The translations under genes were made by a program, and so were the position numbers. The notes under the pieces were generated by a model. The model was not told the origin of the DNA, did no database searches, and was given only the letters and a program-made list of their open reading frames with translations. Shown piece by piece: positions 48,653 through 58,701 of a DNA stretch of 64,000 nucleotides. The stretch's first letter is position 1, and each line of letters starts with the position of its first letter. This stretch comes from a virus (taxonomy: Duplodnaviria > Caudoviricetes), in the IMG/VR virus record IMGVR_UViG_2922690425_000004, positions 64,001 through 128,000 of that record. The stretch is one strand, 5' to 3'.

Positions 48653-49342
48653 ATGCAGTATTTTTCTCCTTTAACTCCTTGGCTGGAGAGGAAAAGAACT
48701 CTCCCTGCTTTTGCTTATTTAGAAGAAGGAAAACCCGAGTTCAATCTTGGTGGTTTTTTAGGTATGGATGTTTGTTATCCTCTTCACGAAGTTAATAAAC
48801 ATATACCTAGAAGTCTAGAAACGACGTGGAACATGGTAAGGGAATATGTGAATGAGGCTTTAGTCATCACACAAAACAATACAGGAAATTGGTTGGATAG
48901 AGAAGAAGTCGAAATGATTAAAGAGGAGCTTGGTGAACCTCCAAATCACTGTTATCCAATTTATATTGTTACTGTGGGAATTTTTCCAAATGAAAAAATT
49001 GTTTACATTGGTAAAACATCTTCAAATTTAAGTCGTTTTGCAGGAGGGCATAGAGTAGCTTTAAAACTTCATGATCCTATATATAACAATCTGCCCAAGA
49101 GGGTTTACTTTTGTAGTGTGAGTTTTTTGGTGGGAAAAGAATATTTACCAATTGAATGGATATCGCCAATAGAAGAAGCAAAGACTATTTTGGATAGTGT
49201 GGAGTCACAATTAATATCTAGTTTTCAGCCTGAATTAAATAGGTCAAAAACAAAACGGAACTATTCAAAACATCCTATAATGCTCCAATTACAGAATTTT
49301 ACGGGGAGTAGATTTCTACATGATGAAATGGTAAATGATTAA
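48653..49342 (+). CDS. GIY-YIG-like nuclease
   Basis: IYIVT..VYIGKT..RF..H..E..LI..FQP.LN. Confidence 0.65.
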   Translation: MQYFSPLTPWLERKRTLPAFAYLEEGKPEFNLGGFLGMDVCYPLHEVNKHIPRSLETTWNMVREYVNEALVITQNNTGNWLDREEVEMIKEELGEPPNHCYPIYIVTVGIFPNEKIVYIGKTSSNLSRFAGGHRVALKLHDPIYNNLPKRVYFCSVSFLVGKEYLPIEWISPIEEAKTILDSVESQLISSFQPELNRSKTKRNYSKHPIMLQLQNFTGSRFLHDEMVND

Positions 49343-49440
49343 ACAAACTTAAGGTGTGTTTATCACGCATTAAAGTCGTTTTTCGAAATGTAGATAATTT
49401 ATATAATTAGTCTTTCACTTACAATTTAGGATGGTGCCAC

Positions 49441-49956
49441 GTGGTCTATATTGATAAGAAGATAATTGAGTCGACTGCTGTAATGGCGGATAACAAGCTA
49501 TACAGATATCGACTAACGAGAATTTGGGAGAAAGACAAGGAAATTGTAGGGGTAGTTATGCTCAATCCAAGTAGAGCTAATTCATTGAAAACAGATGATA
49601 CGATAATGAACCTTACTAATTATTTGATTGATAACAACTATGGTGGCGTAGATATTGTTAACATGTATGCATTTATGGCATCAAAACCGTCTGAACTTCA
49701 AAATAGAGATCAAGCATATGAGGCGTATAATGATAGTCACATCACAGAAACAGCAGCCGAAAGAGATGTCCTTATTATTGCATGGGGATCTGACATGAAG
49801 AAATATGTGAGACGAAAAAGAGAGATTGAGACTTTATTATTTCCGTATGCTCATAAGATAAAATGCTTAGAAGACCCTGAAGGCAAGAGTCCAAGACACC
49901 CTCTGCTTTTGTCAAAGGATTGGAAGTTAGTCCCATATAGTTTTAGATACATCTAA
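49441..49956 (+). CDS. DUF1643 protein
   Basis: YRYRL.R.W..VMLNPS.A..DDT..N.YA..AWG..PRHPL. Confidence 0.88.
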   Translation: MVYIDKKIIESTAVMADNKLYRYRLTRIWEKDKEIVGVVMLNPSRANSLKTDDTIMNLTNYLIDNNYGGVDIVNMYAFMASKPSELQNRDQAYEAYNDSHITETAAERDVLIIAWGSDMKKYVRRKREIETLLFPYAHKIKCLEDPEGKSPRHPLLLSKDWKLVPYSFRYI

Positions 49957-50204
49957 TCAAACGAATCTTTTAAGGGAAGTGATATTTTTCTTGAAGAGTA
50001 ATGTTTTTGAAGGAATTGTAGATGTGTTTTTAGTTAATGGAGAACCCGCATACGCAGACGTTGATAATCGAGAGCAAGGTTGCTCTTTGAATGAGTATCT
50101 GCTCTTAGTTTTAGCAGGTAAAAGAGTGCGAATCACAGTTGAAAGATTAGAAGACTGAATGAAGTGTGAGTTTTAACAAGAAAATTAAATAAGGGGGGAT
50201 TAAC

Positions 50205-50723
50205 ATAAGTAAAGAGTGGCTTGATAGTGATGACGTACTTGAAGAATACTATGACTCAACTAAGTATGCATTAATTGAATTAGGTGTACAATTAATTGAT
50301 CCTAAGAAGATCATTGCTTTATCACGGGAACTAAGAGAAGTGAAATTAGAGAGACTTCGAATGAAAATAATAAATAATGGTTGGCAGGACGAGTCTCCAA
50401 CGGATTTTAATCTCATAAAAACATTGGATGGAAATTATGTTGTAGATGGTGGAGGCAATCATAGAGCCTATCTCAGTAATGAACTTGAAATTAAAGAAGT
50501 GAAAGCTAGAGTGTGGTCTCACGTTGAACTTAATAAATTATCGAAAGAAGAGTTTGATCAATATAAAATATATAAGGATGAAATTTCTGGATTCTATAAA
50601 CAATTTAAAATTTATAAGATTAGAGGAGACGAAGAGAAACAATTCGAATTTTTACATAAAGCTGGGAAATTAGAGGAGAAGCTTAAAGCATTTCTTCTAA
50701 AAATTTATAACGGATCATTATAA
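50205..50723 (+). CDS. ParB/Srx-like N-terminal domain protein (probable ATA start)
   Basis: IDPKKI, Y.VDGGGNHR; frame open from 50205 after AAGGGGGG RBS. Confidence 0.65.
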   Translation: MSKEWLDSDDVLEEYYDSTKYALIELGVQLIDPKKIIALSRELREVKLERLRMKIINNGWQDESPTDFNLIKTLDGNYVVDGGGNHRAYLSNELEIKEVKARVWSHVELNKLSKEEFDQYKIYKDEISGFYKQFKIYKIRGDEEKQFEFLHKAGKLEEKLKAFLLKIYNGSL

Positions 50724-50755
50724 AACAAATATTTTATAAAGAAAAAGGAGCATAT

Positions 50756-51289
50756 ATGAACTACATAATTTTTGATCTAGAAGCTACTTGTTGGGAAAAT
50801 GACCGCAAAAGACAAAACGAAATTATTGAGATCGGAGCCGTAAAACTAAATGATAGGCTGAAGACTGTAAGTGAATTCCAAATTTTTGTCAAGCCTGTAT
50901 TAAGCCCACAGCTTTCTGATTTTTGTAAGCGGCTTACCTCCATCTCTCAGGCGGATGTGGATGCTGCAATGTATTATCCGCAGGCAATCCGTCAATTTCG
51001 AGAGTGGATAGGCAATGAACCTCATGTTCTCTGCTCCTGGGGGTTCTATGATAAGAACCAGTTGCAGAAGGATTGTGCACTACATCAAATCGCATGTGAA
51101 TGGACGGATAACCATATCAGTCTCAAGCATCAGCATGGGAGGATGATTGGTAGGGAGCGAGGCGTAGGCATGGAAAGAGCTTTGACTATGCTTAAACTGC
51201 CAATGGAGGGAACCCATCACAGAGGGATTGATGACGCTAAGAATATTGCTAAGATTTTTGTGAAGATTTATGATCAATTGAGATTCTGA
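50756..51289 (+). CDS. DEDDh 3'-5' exonuclease (ERI-1/KapD-like)
   Basis: DLEATC, EIIEIGAV, WG.YD, HHRGIDDA. Confidence 0.92.
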   Translation: MNYIIFDLEATCWENDRKRQNEIIEIGAVKLNDRLKTVSEFQIFVKPVLSPQLSDFCKRLTSISQADVDAAMYYPQAIRQFREWIGNEPHVLCSWGFYDKNQLQKDCALHQIACEWTDNHISLKHQHGRMIGRERGVGMERALTMLKLPMEGTHHRGIDDAKNIAKIFVKIYDQLRF

Positions 51290-51325
51290 TAAATCGTACA
51301 TTTTACGGGAAGAGTGATATAAAAA

Positions 51326-51577
51326 ATGCCTTGGATTCAGGTTCTTATATTTCTAGTTGCTCTATTCTATCTACGTGGCACCATTAGATTGGGAAAAGAA
51401 ACATTGTTTATAAAATTTGTTTTTGTAGTTCTACTGATAGTCGTATTTGCTTTGCCTTTTAATTTTATCTATAACGTGTCTCCTTGGAAAGAAGGTCCAG
51501 TGTTGGCATGGATATGTTCTTTATTTTATCTAGTATTGATTGTTTACCTTGCAAACATTAAACCAAAAGAAAAATAG
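51326..51577 (+). CDS. Small membrane protein (3 TM)
   Basis: Hydrophobic; between sites 51290 and 51580. Confidence 0.7.
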   Translation: MPWIQVLIFLVALFYLRGTIRLGKETLFIKFVFVVLLIVVFALPFNFIYNVSPWKEGPVLAWICSLFYLVLIVYLANIKPKEK

Positions 51578-51615
51578 AATCAAATTTTCCTTTTACATAG
51601 AAATGGGGAGATAAT

Positions 51616-51825
51616 ATGAGCACAAGTACGGATTATGTGTTGGGGTACAACAAAGGAAGAATGGTCGAGGCAGAAGAAACATTAAGGAATTTGTACATTA
51701 TCTTAGACCAAATGACTGAAATCCCTCATTACTCAAATCATATTATGGTTTACATTCGTGACCTTGAGAAAGCCACTGGGAAAAATCGCAAATATTTTTC
51801 AGATGAAGAAAACGCATTTGACTGA
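51616..51825 (+). CDS. Hypothetical protein
   Basis: Between sites 51580 and 51832. Confidence 0.7.
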   Translation: MSTSTDYVLGYNKGRMVEAEETLRNLYIILDQMTEIPHYSNHIMVYIRDLEKATGKNRKYFSDEENAFD

Positions 51826-51867
51826 TCCAATTAAAATCTTTCTTTTACTAAGAATGGAGACTTAGGT

Positions 51868-52017
51868 ATGCAGAACGAGAACAAGCATATGGTTGAAGAG
51901 TGCTATGATGCTTTAGAATGGGTCATAATTCAATTTAAAAAAGTTCTATCTGGAGAAGTCGCAGGGAATGTACAAGAAAGCCTATCCTATGCTGAATCAA
52001 TCCTTAAAAACAGATAA
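51868..52017 (+). CDS. Small hypothetical protein (49 aa, not in ORF track)
   Basis: GGAG RBS; fills interval between sites 51832 and 52015. Confidence 0.55.
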   Translation: MQNENKHMVEECYDALEWVIIQFKKVLSGEVAGNVQESLSYAESILKNR

Positions 52018-52043
52018 AAGTTTACTTTGATCAAAAATGGGGG

Positions 52044-52268
52044 ATGTCAATGCAATTGTATCAATTTTGGTGGGAAGGTTCTTATGAAGGTGATAATGGA
52101 GAGCCATTGGCTCATGAAAGTATCTTCACAAGAGAAGAATTAGTAGAAATGGTCAAAGAATCTGGCAATCGTTATGACTTGGACAGATTAGAGGAATTTT
52201 TAATCGAAAATAAAGGGTTTTTCAAGCCCAATTGTATTAGGATCAATACTGAAAATTCCTTTGGGTAG
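52044..52268 (+). CDS. Hypothetical protein
   Basis: ORF after site 52015. Confidence 0.6.
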   Translation: MSMQLYQFWWEGSYEGDNGEPLAHESIFTREELVEMVKESGNRYDLDRLEEFLIENKGFFKPNCIRINTENSFG

Positions 52269-52298
52269 ATAAGTACACGACAACAAGGAGCTACAACA

Positions 52299-52556
52299 AT
52301 GAGCGAACAAGAATATAAAATTAAGCTACTTACCAGTAATCAATACAGTGATTTTTATTTTTATGCCTCTATCGATGAACTAGAAGAGTATTTAAATGAA
52401 ACGTTGGCAATAACTCCAGAACAGTTTTTAGAGTGCTACACTTTGGGGCAGTCACGACAGTTTTTTGAATGGATTAAAGCGAAATCTAATCAAAGAAATC
52501 AGAATGAACTAAAGGGAACAAATGAAGAATTAAAAGAAACAAAAGAAGAAGAATAG
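52299..52556 (+). CDS. Hypothetical protein
   Basis: AAGGAG RBS. Confidence 0.65.
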   Translation: MSEQEYKIKLLTSNQYSDFYFYASIDELEEYLNETLAITPEQFLECYTLGQSRQFFEWIKAKSNQRNQNELKGTNEELKETKEEE

Positions 52557-52563
52557 TAAAAGG

Positions 52564-52776
52564 TTGATCTTACTAGGAGAAGGAGGTGAAATTTTGAGTT
52601 TATATGAAAAACTGTCGGGAATTTACCATGAATTGGGTTGGAAGTACGAGGAACTACATGTCGCAGTAGAGGATGATAATAAAAAAGAAATATTACGACT
52701 TAATGATGAAATTAACTCATTAATGCAACAAAGCGAAGAATTATATATTGAAAAAATACATACAAAATTACCGTAA
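52564..52776 (+). CDS. Hypothetical protein
   Basis: AGGAGGTG RBS internal. Confidence 0.6.
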   Translation: MILLGEGGEILSLYEKLSGIYHELGWKYEELHVAVEDDNKKEILRLNDEINSLMQQSEELYIEKIHTKLP

Positions 52777-52872
52777 GAATGCAGATTGGATATGAAGAAA
52801 AAATTTACTCGCTAGACATAAATACTTTGAGTAAAAGTTCAATTTTACCAAATACATAGTGGAGGAAAATAA

Positions 52873-53088
52873 ATGGTTTACGAAGTAACTAAGGGAGCTA
52901 GATACAAGCATTATAAAGGAAATTACTACACAATTGTCAGTATGGCTACACACACTGAAACATTGGATGGTTTGGTGATCTACAAGGATAAAAATAATAA
53001 CATTTGGGCTAGACCAGTGGATATGTTTTTTGGATATACAGATGATGGCATCAAGCGCTTTGAGCTAATGGAGGAGGAGATGGAATGA
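52873..53088 (+). CDS. DUF1653 protein
   Basis: YKHYKG..Y..A.HTET..V.Y..WARP..MF. Confidence 0.88.
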   Translation: MVYEVTKGARYKHYKGNYYTIVSMATHTETLDGLVIYKDKNNNIWARPVDMFFGYTDDGIKRFELMEEEME

Positions 53089-53331
53089 CAGCAGGATATA
53101 CACTAAGTCTAGAAGAGGTCAGGAAGATCATTGTAAAACACCTCAATGAAACGGGTGTCTATATTCCAATGGATGATTCATTCATTATGGTATTGGATGA
53201 ACACGATCAATTAATCGACAACACAAATGTTTTACAAGTATACCATGAAATTGAATAAAATCTTCATTTTAAACGATATACATAACTTACCGCTGAAATA
53301 GTATATACTCATTTGATATACTGTTAAATGG

Positions 53332-54168
53332 GTGATGAATATGTTTGTATCTCCAATGCTTCTGTATAAGGCAGATAACAATGAGCCATTTAACAGTAAT
53401 TTGCATTTAACAGAGTTAAAGCTTGATGGGATAAGACTTCTTGTAGATACACGAGATGGAGTAAGGCTATATACACGACATAAGAACGAAGTAACTGGCA
53501 AGTTCCCTGAGCTTATTGATAATATTCCAATTGAAAATGGAACAACTCTAGATGGGGAACTAATTGTTACTGACTCAGAAGGAAAACCAAATTTTGAATC
53601 AGTTATGGAAAGGTTTAAATCAAGAAAAAGTAAACACAAAGTAGCTTTTTGTGCATTCGATATCATTAATTATAATGGAAAAAGTGTTACCCACTTGCCG
53701 TTAATTGAGCGCAAAGAGATACTGGAGTCAGCATTTAAGGATAATGATTATTACAAAAAGACAAAGTTTATCTTAGGTCATGGAGTTGACTACTTTAATC
53801 TAACTAAACAACAAAAACTTGAAGGAATCGTTCAGAAAGACATCGGTTCAAAATATGAGATTGACAAAAGATCAGATAAGTGGCTTAAAGTAATTGCCTA
53901 TGATGTTGGAGAGTACTACATTGCTGGTTATAAAAAAGATGAATTTGGTTGGCTACTATCTGATGGTGAACGAATAGTAGGTGTCTTAACTTTAGCAGTA
54001 GGCTCAAATGAGAGAAAAGCAGGGTACAAGGTATTCCAGCAGCTTAAAGTAAAGGAAACAGAAAGTACAGTCTACATTAAAGAAGTTATTAAGTGCGTAG
54101 TTAAACATAGAGGATTTACGAAAAACAATTTGTTGAGATTGCCTGAGTTTGAATGTTTTAAATTCTAA
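53332..54168 (+). CDS. ATP-dependent DNA ligase
   Basis: ELKLDGIR (KxDG), LDGEL, AFDI, EGIVQK, WLKV. Confidence 0.92.
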   Translation: MMNMFVSPMLLYKADNNEPFNSNLHLTELKLDGIRLLVDTRDGVRLYTRHKNEVTGKFPELIDNIPIENGTTLDGELIVTDSEGKPNFESVMERFKSRKSKHKVAFCAFDIINYNGKSVTHLPLIERKEILESAFKDNDYYKKTKFILGHGVDYFNLTKQQKLEGIVQKDIGSKYEIDKRSDKWLKVIAYDVGEYYIAGYKKDEFGWLLSDGERIVGVLTLAVGSNERKAGYKVFQQLKVKETESTVYIKEVIKCVVKHRGFTKNNLLRLPEFECFKF

Positions 54169-54173
54169 AGGGG

Positions 54174-54755
54174 GTGATTAAACTGGCAAGACCAGTTAAG
54201 TGTCCGATTTGTAGTCAGTATGGACTTAGAGAAGATATGATTTTAGAAAACAGGAGATATTACCACAAAGAATACTGCTTTGATAGGTTTAAGAAAGAGC
54301 AAGAGGCAACTAGAATTGAAAACGAACAATGGGATGATCTATATCAATACATAATAAAGTTTCACGATTTAGTAACACTATCAGTAGCAAATATAACAAG
54401 ACTGAAGCATCTTCGAGCTGGCTTTGAGTATAAAAAAGGCAAGAAAATTCCAAAGTGGAGAACGGGGCCTGACTATGCTCTAATGCTTGAAGCTTATAGG
54501 CTATCTGAGAAAAATAACTTACATGCAATGTCTACAAAGATTGGAGATTGGAACGATGTTAATCAGGTCAACTATACAATCTCTACTATGATGGGGCATT
54601 TAAATGATGCTTGGAGAATAAGACAGAATAAAAAGAAACAATTAGAAGTGGCAAAGAGAGTTGAAAAACAAGAGTCAAAAAGAGACCAATCTCTTACAAA
54701 CAAAAATACATATAGCAATAAACGGGATGAGTTAGACATTTCTGATTATGTGTAA
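54174..54755 (+). CDS. Zinc-finger replication protein, putative helicase loader (YorH position)
   Basis: CPIC..YYH..C; directly upstream of helicase. Confidence 0.55.
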   Translation: MIKLARPVKCPICSQYGLREDMILENRRYYHKEYCFDRFKKEQEATRIENEQWDDLYQYIIKFHDLVTLSVANITRLKHLRAGFEYKKGKKIPKWRTGPDYALMLEAYRLSEKNNLHAMSTKIGDWNDVNQVNYTISTMMGHLNDAWRIRQNKKKQLEVAKRVEKQESKRDQSLTNKNTYSNKRDELDISDYV

Positions 54756-56265
54756 TTCGTTAGGAGTGGTAACAATAGAATATATCAAAGAATTTGTAGA
54801 TCCATCAAAAGTTCATGAGTCTATATTTATCGGTTATTTATGGAATACGCCCACCTTATACGGTAAATATAAAACCCATAAAATCAGCAAAGAAACTTTT
54901 ACAGAAGGAATATGGTGGTACTACTTTTATATTGGAAAAGAGATGTATGAAAGTGGTATTCGATTATTTGATGATGTAACCACTTACTCATTTATTACAT
55001 CTAAACCTTCTGAAAACGGCAAGAAGTCATACTTTGATTATTATAATGATTATGGCGGCTTCTCAACAATTGATGAAGTCGTATCAGAGTGTGACGGAGA
55101 CAAAGGAAATGATGAATATCATTTTAGCGAAGTACAAAAATATGAGTCACTTCGTAATCTTCAAAAGCAAGGATTGTTGGATATAAGTAATACAAATCTG
55201 GTTTCAAAATTGGCTAATATGTCACTTAAACAGATGCAAAGCTTCTTTCAATTTAAACATAAAGAATCCTTTTCTCACGTAAATAGTGGAGAAGTAATTG
55301 AATACAATCTTATAGATAACCTAGATGAAACCATTGATCAATTGGAGGCAGGTGAAGATGCAGGAATACCGCTATTCGAGTCTCCTAGGCTAAATAAGAA
55401 GATCAATGGTCAGAAGCTTGGGAACTTAATGTATCTCGTCCTTCCTTCAGGTGTGGGGAAATCGAGCATATTAACTGAGAAAGGTGTTTTGGGGTTACTT
55501 GAGAGCGGAGAAAAAGGAATTATCTTTGCAAATGAAGAAGGGATAAAAAGATGGAGAACAAGACTTCTAGTGACCGTTGCCGCAAGAATTTTGAAAAAGC
55601 CAGTGGCACGAGATACGGTTAACAGGGGTGGATTTAGTGCAGAGATTAAACAGACACTTAAGGAAGCTGCCGAATGGTTGCAGACACACCGTCCAGACTT
55701 TATTAAGTTTGTACAACTTAAAAAGTATCGGATTGAAGATGTCATTAATAGGATTGAACTTTATAGACCGTTAGGTTATAAGCATATTTATTTCGATACA
55801 TTTAAACCTGACTTATCACAGAACGTAGAACGATGGCTGGCTTTCTCCAACTCAGCTCAAGAACTGTATGACTGTATCAAAGAAGAGTCTAATAATTGCG
55901 CCACAATAGCAACAGTTCAACTTAAGATTGGTAAAGAGTTTAGATACATAGATTTAGATTGTATTGGTAAATCACCAGAGATTGTAGAAGTAGCAGCCGT
56001 TGTGATGGCTGGCAGATTGATTTTTGCAGACGAATATCCCGGTGGAAAAAACGAATTAGATCCATACAACTGGGAGAAGGATAGTGGTTTTGGTGGATGG
56101 CACAAGAAACCGTATAAATTAGACCCGGGGAAAAAATATCTCATTCTGTTCCTACCTAAAAACCGTGAAGGATCTGAGGATGAACAAATAGTGTTTGAAG
56201 TGAATTATGATTTTAATATTTGGAAAGAGGTAGCATTAGTAGTCGTACCTAATAACGGACGTTAA
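54748..56265 (+). CDS. Replicative DnaB-like helicase (SPbeta YorI-like)
   Basis: PSGVGKS Walker A, ANEE, YFDTFK, TVQL, KNREG. Confidence 0.85.
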   Translation: MCNSLGVVTIEYIKEFVDPSKVHESIFIGYLWNTPTLYGKYKTHKISKETFTEGIWWYYFYIGKEMYESGIRLFDDVTTYSFITSKPSENGKKSYFDYYNDYGGFSTIDEVVSECDGDKGNDEYHFSEVQKYESLRNLQKQGLLDISNTNLVSKLANMSLKQMQSFFQFKHKESFSHVNSGEVIEYNLIDNLDETIDQLEAGEDAGIPLFESPRLNKKINGQKLGNLMYLVLPSGVGKSSILTEKGVLGLLESGEKGIIFANEEGIKRWRTRLLVTVAARILKKPVARDTVNRGGFSAEIKQTLKEAAEWLQTHRPDFIKFVQLKKYRIEDVINRIELYRPLGYKHIYFDTFKPDLSQNVERWLAFSNSAQELYDCIKEESNNCATIATVQLKIGKEFRYIDLDCIGKSPEIVEVAAVVMAGRLIFADEYPGGKNELDPYNWEKDSGFGGWHKKPYKLDPGKKYLILFLPKNREGSEDEQIVFEVNYDFNIWKEVALVVVPNNGR

Positions 56266-56284
56266 ACTCCTTTGGAGGAGCAAC

Positions 56285-57358
56285 ATGAGCAATGATCTGA
56301 AGTTAATAAAGGAAAGAATCATAGAAGAATCAAGGGTTGGAGAACTTTTAGAAGCAATGGGTTGCGAATATGTAGAAAAAAAGAATAATCGCTACGAGGC
56401 GCAACTCCCCCACAAATTTGAATCGCCAAATAAAAGATCCGTTCAAGTTTACTTAAATGAAAGCCTATCAAGCAGAATTAGGACGCTTGGAGAGTCAGAC
56501 ATAGATATTTATGGATTGGTATCTTATATAGTTTTTGATCAAATATCGGAAGATGACAGACAAAGAGGATTGCCTAAAGCGAAGAGATGGATATGTGAAC
56601 AATTAGGCTACAAAGAATTTTTAGACAGCAGCTATATACCTCCACCTAGTTTAGTTCAACTTGATTGGCTCAAGGATGTTAGAAGGAAACGTAAGAAAAA
56701 AAGAGAGTTAAATAACCTTGAAAACGACACTTATGCTGACGAAATATTGAATCAATATGTCATGTACCCTCATCAATTTTATCTAGATGAGGGGGTGTCA
56801 TGCGAAATACAGCGAGAATTTCAAATAGGGTTTGATTTAAGAAGTCAGCGAATCATTTTCCCCATTCATAATCGGTTTGGTGACATTGTATCTATAAAGG
56901 GCAGAACTATCTTTGAAGATTATGAGGAAAGAAACGTTTATAAATTTTTATATCTTATTAATTTCAATAAAATGATTGAACTCTACAATTGGCATAGAGC
57001 CTTGTATTACATATTAGAAAGAAAAGAGATATTGATATTCGAAGGTGAAAAAACTTGCTGGTTAATTAGTCAATACGGTCATCGAAACTGTGTTGCTATT
57101 AGTGGTGATGATCTAAGTGATTGGCAGGTTAAGATGATAAAAGAATTAGACCATGATGTAGAGATAGTTATAGCGTTAGATAAAGACAAGCCAGTAGAAG
57201 CAGTAAAAAAACAAGCAGCTAAGTTCGGGAAAACTAGAAATGTGTATGCCTTATATGACAATAGAAACTTGTTTAAAGATAAAGACAGTCCATGTGACAG
57301 AGGGGAAGAGGTATTCAGTATTCTTTATACAGAGTGTAAATACAAAGTATCAGTCTGA
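56285..57358 (+). CDS. DNA primase (TOPRIM; SPbeta YorJ-like)
   Basis: RIIFPIHN..G.I..IKGR, LYN, IFEGEK, IALDKD, KDSP.D. Confidence 0.88.
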   Translation: MSNDLKLIKERIIEESRVGELLEAMGCEYVEKKNNRYEAQLPHKFESPNKRSVQVYLNESLSSRIRTLGESDIDIYGLVSYIVFDQISEDDRQRGLPKAKRWICEQLGYKEFLDSSYIPPPSLVQLDWLKDVRRKRKKKRELNNLENDTYADEILNQYVMYPHQFYLDEGVSCEIQREFQIGFDLRSQRIIFPIHNRFGDIVSIKGRTIFEDYEERNVYKFLYLINFNKMIELYNWHRALYYILERKEILIFEGEKTCWLISQYGHRNCVAISGDDLSDWQVKMIKELDHDVEIVIALDKDKPVEAVKKQAAKFGKTRNVYALYDNRNLFKDKDSPCDRGEEVFSILYTECKYKVSV

Positions 57359-57391
57359 GTAAAATATAGTTTTTACTCAGATTATTTTTTT
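57354..57391 (+). terminator. Terminator-like hairpin built on a palindromic site
   Basis: TCTGAGTAAAA-TATAGT-TTTTACTCAGA followed by TTATTTTTTT. Confidence 0.6.
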
Positions 57392-57469
57392 GATGAAGCT
57401 TGTTTGAAAGAAGACATAGCAGCTATTAGATTTACTAAAAGTAGAACTATAAAGTTATAAAATTAGCGG

Positions 57470-57502
57470 TTGACAACATTCCAATATACAAATATAATTA
57501 AA
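57470..57502 (+). promoter_or_regulatory. Consensus SigA promoter overlapped by phage operator
   Basis: TTGACA 57470-17 bp-TATAAT 57493; TACAAATATAATTAAA 57487-57502. Confidence 0.75.
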
Positions 57503-57527
57503 TTATGAAACAGAGAGGTGTGGTTCC

Positions 57528-57770
57528 ATGCATGAAGAGCAACCTGCAAATCTTATTCCTACGGAGAATATAGATGAAGCAACTCATGTTTTTATTGCAG
57601 ACAAGAAATTCAACATCAAGACCACGGTGGGAAAGTTTTATAAATTATACAGATGGGAGGCAAACGCAAGTTCATGTGGTATAGCTGAAGCATATATTAT
57701 TGATGATGAAGGAAAAGATTCAACGGGGTTCATGTATTATTGCAAAGCTAAGTTTTATATACAAAAATAA
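57528..57770 (+). CDS. Hypothetical protein
   Basis: GAGGTG RBS. Confidence 0.7.
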   Translation: MHEEQPANLIPTENIDEATHVFIADKKFNIKTTVGKFYKLYRWEANASSCGIAEAYIIDDEGKDSTGFMYYCKAKFYIQK

Positions 57771-57881
57771 AGAATAATACATATAAGAGGTTGACCGTAG
57801 ATTAATCATAGCCAACAACCTCTCAAACTCGTAAACAAGCATGTAGAAGTTGGATTTTATAAGAATAAAGGAGGCTACTAA

Positions 57882-58310
57882 ATGCCACGACCAAGAGTAT
57901 ACAAACTTTTTCATACATTTGATCCAGAGGACTTAAAAATATATTTTAAAACAACAATGACAGATGAACACCTAATTAAACTGATTAAGATTTGGCAAGT
58001 TAAACTGAGCAACATTGTTCCTGAGTATGACTGGGGAACAGAAGAAATGATGGAGTTGCTTTCGACATTTGGCTGTGAACAGATAAACGAAAATAGTGGA
58101 TTTAGAACATATTACGAAGCAAACCTGTATGATATTTGGGAGTATGCGAATACATGGCCTACGGATGAAGAAATAGAAGATCCTAAATATAACAATGACA
58201 ATACTCAACCTGTTTTCGATAAAGTTATTGAGCAAAATAGAGAAGTTTATAAAGGTTATTGGATGAAGTGGGAAGCAAAGAATGAAGAAAGACAATCAAA
58301 TAAAATTTGA
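57882..58310 (+). CDS. Hypothetical protein
   Basis: AGGAGG RBS; between sites 57844 and 58301. Confidence 0.75.
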   Translation: MPRPRVYKLFHTFDPEDLKIYFKTTMTDEHLIKLIKIWQVKLSNIVPEYDWGTEEMMELLSTFGCEQINENSGFRTYYEANLYDIWEYANTWPTDEEIEDPKYNNDNTQPVFDKVIEQNREVYKGYWMKWEAKNEERQSNKI

Positions 58311-58337
58311 ATTTTAACCAAGAAAGGAGGATGAAAA

Positions 58338-58655
58338 ATGGCAAAGGTTCATATTCATCAAATTCTTCCGTATACAGTAAATAGTATTGTAAAGACACCA
58401 AAAGGAGAGCTTATTCAGGAGCAGCTTATTCGGGGAAGTAGAAAAGACTATAAGGTTGTTTATAATGGCGATAAAACAATTGTAATTTTAAGCGATGGTT
58501 CGAAGGGAATTGCTAAAAGAAATCCTAATGATCCTTATAATATTCAAATTGGACATGATATTGCTCACGCAAGAGCGATTATCAAGCAGCAAGAAAAAGA
58601 AATTGAAGATATTACTAAGAATATGACTACTGAGGACAGAAGAATTGATTTTTAA
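58338..58655 (+). CDS. Hypothetical phage protein
   Basis: TIVILSDG.KG.AK.NP.D; between sites 58301 and 58665. Confidence 0.75.
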   Translation: MAKVHIHQILPYTVNSIVKTPKGELIQEQLIRGSRKDYKVVYNGDKTIVILSDGSKGIAKRNPNDPYNIQIGHDIAHARAIIKQQEKEIEDITKNMTTEDRRIDF

Positions 58656-58701
58656 GTAATAGGATAAAAGAAGAGTTTTACCAAGAAAGGAGAAAAGTAA
58701 A

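Larger units (their letters stand above)
30165..53271. repeat. Dispersed palindromic sites TAAAA-N6-TTTTA, array 2
   Basis: Perfect at 32060, 37971, 39924, 40976, 41403, 44055, 45277, 46046, 48229, 50721, 51832, 52832, 53256; variants at 30165, 32442, 32745, 33291, 33520, 33976, 35955, 36668, 37405, 42367, 43626, 48584, 49957, 50160, 51290, 51580, 52015, 52557. Confidence 0.92.
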
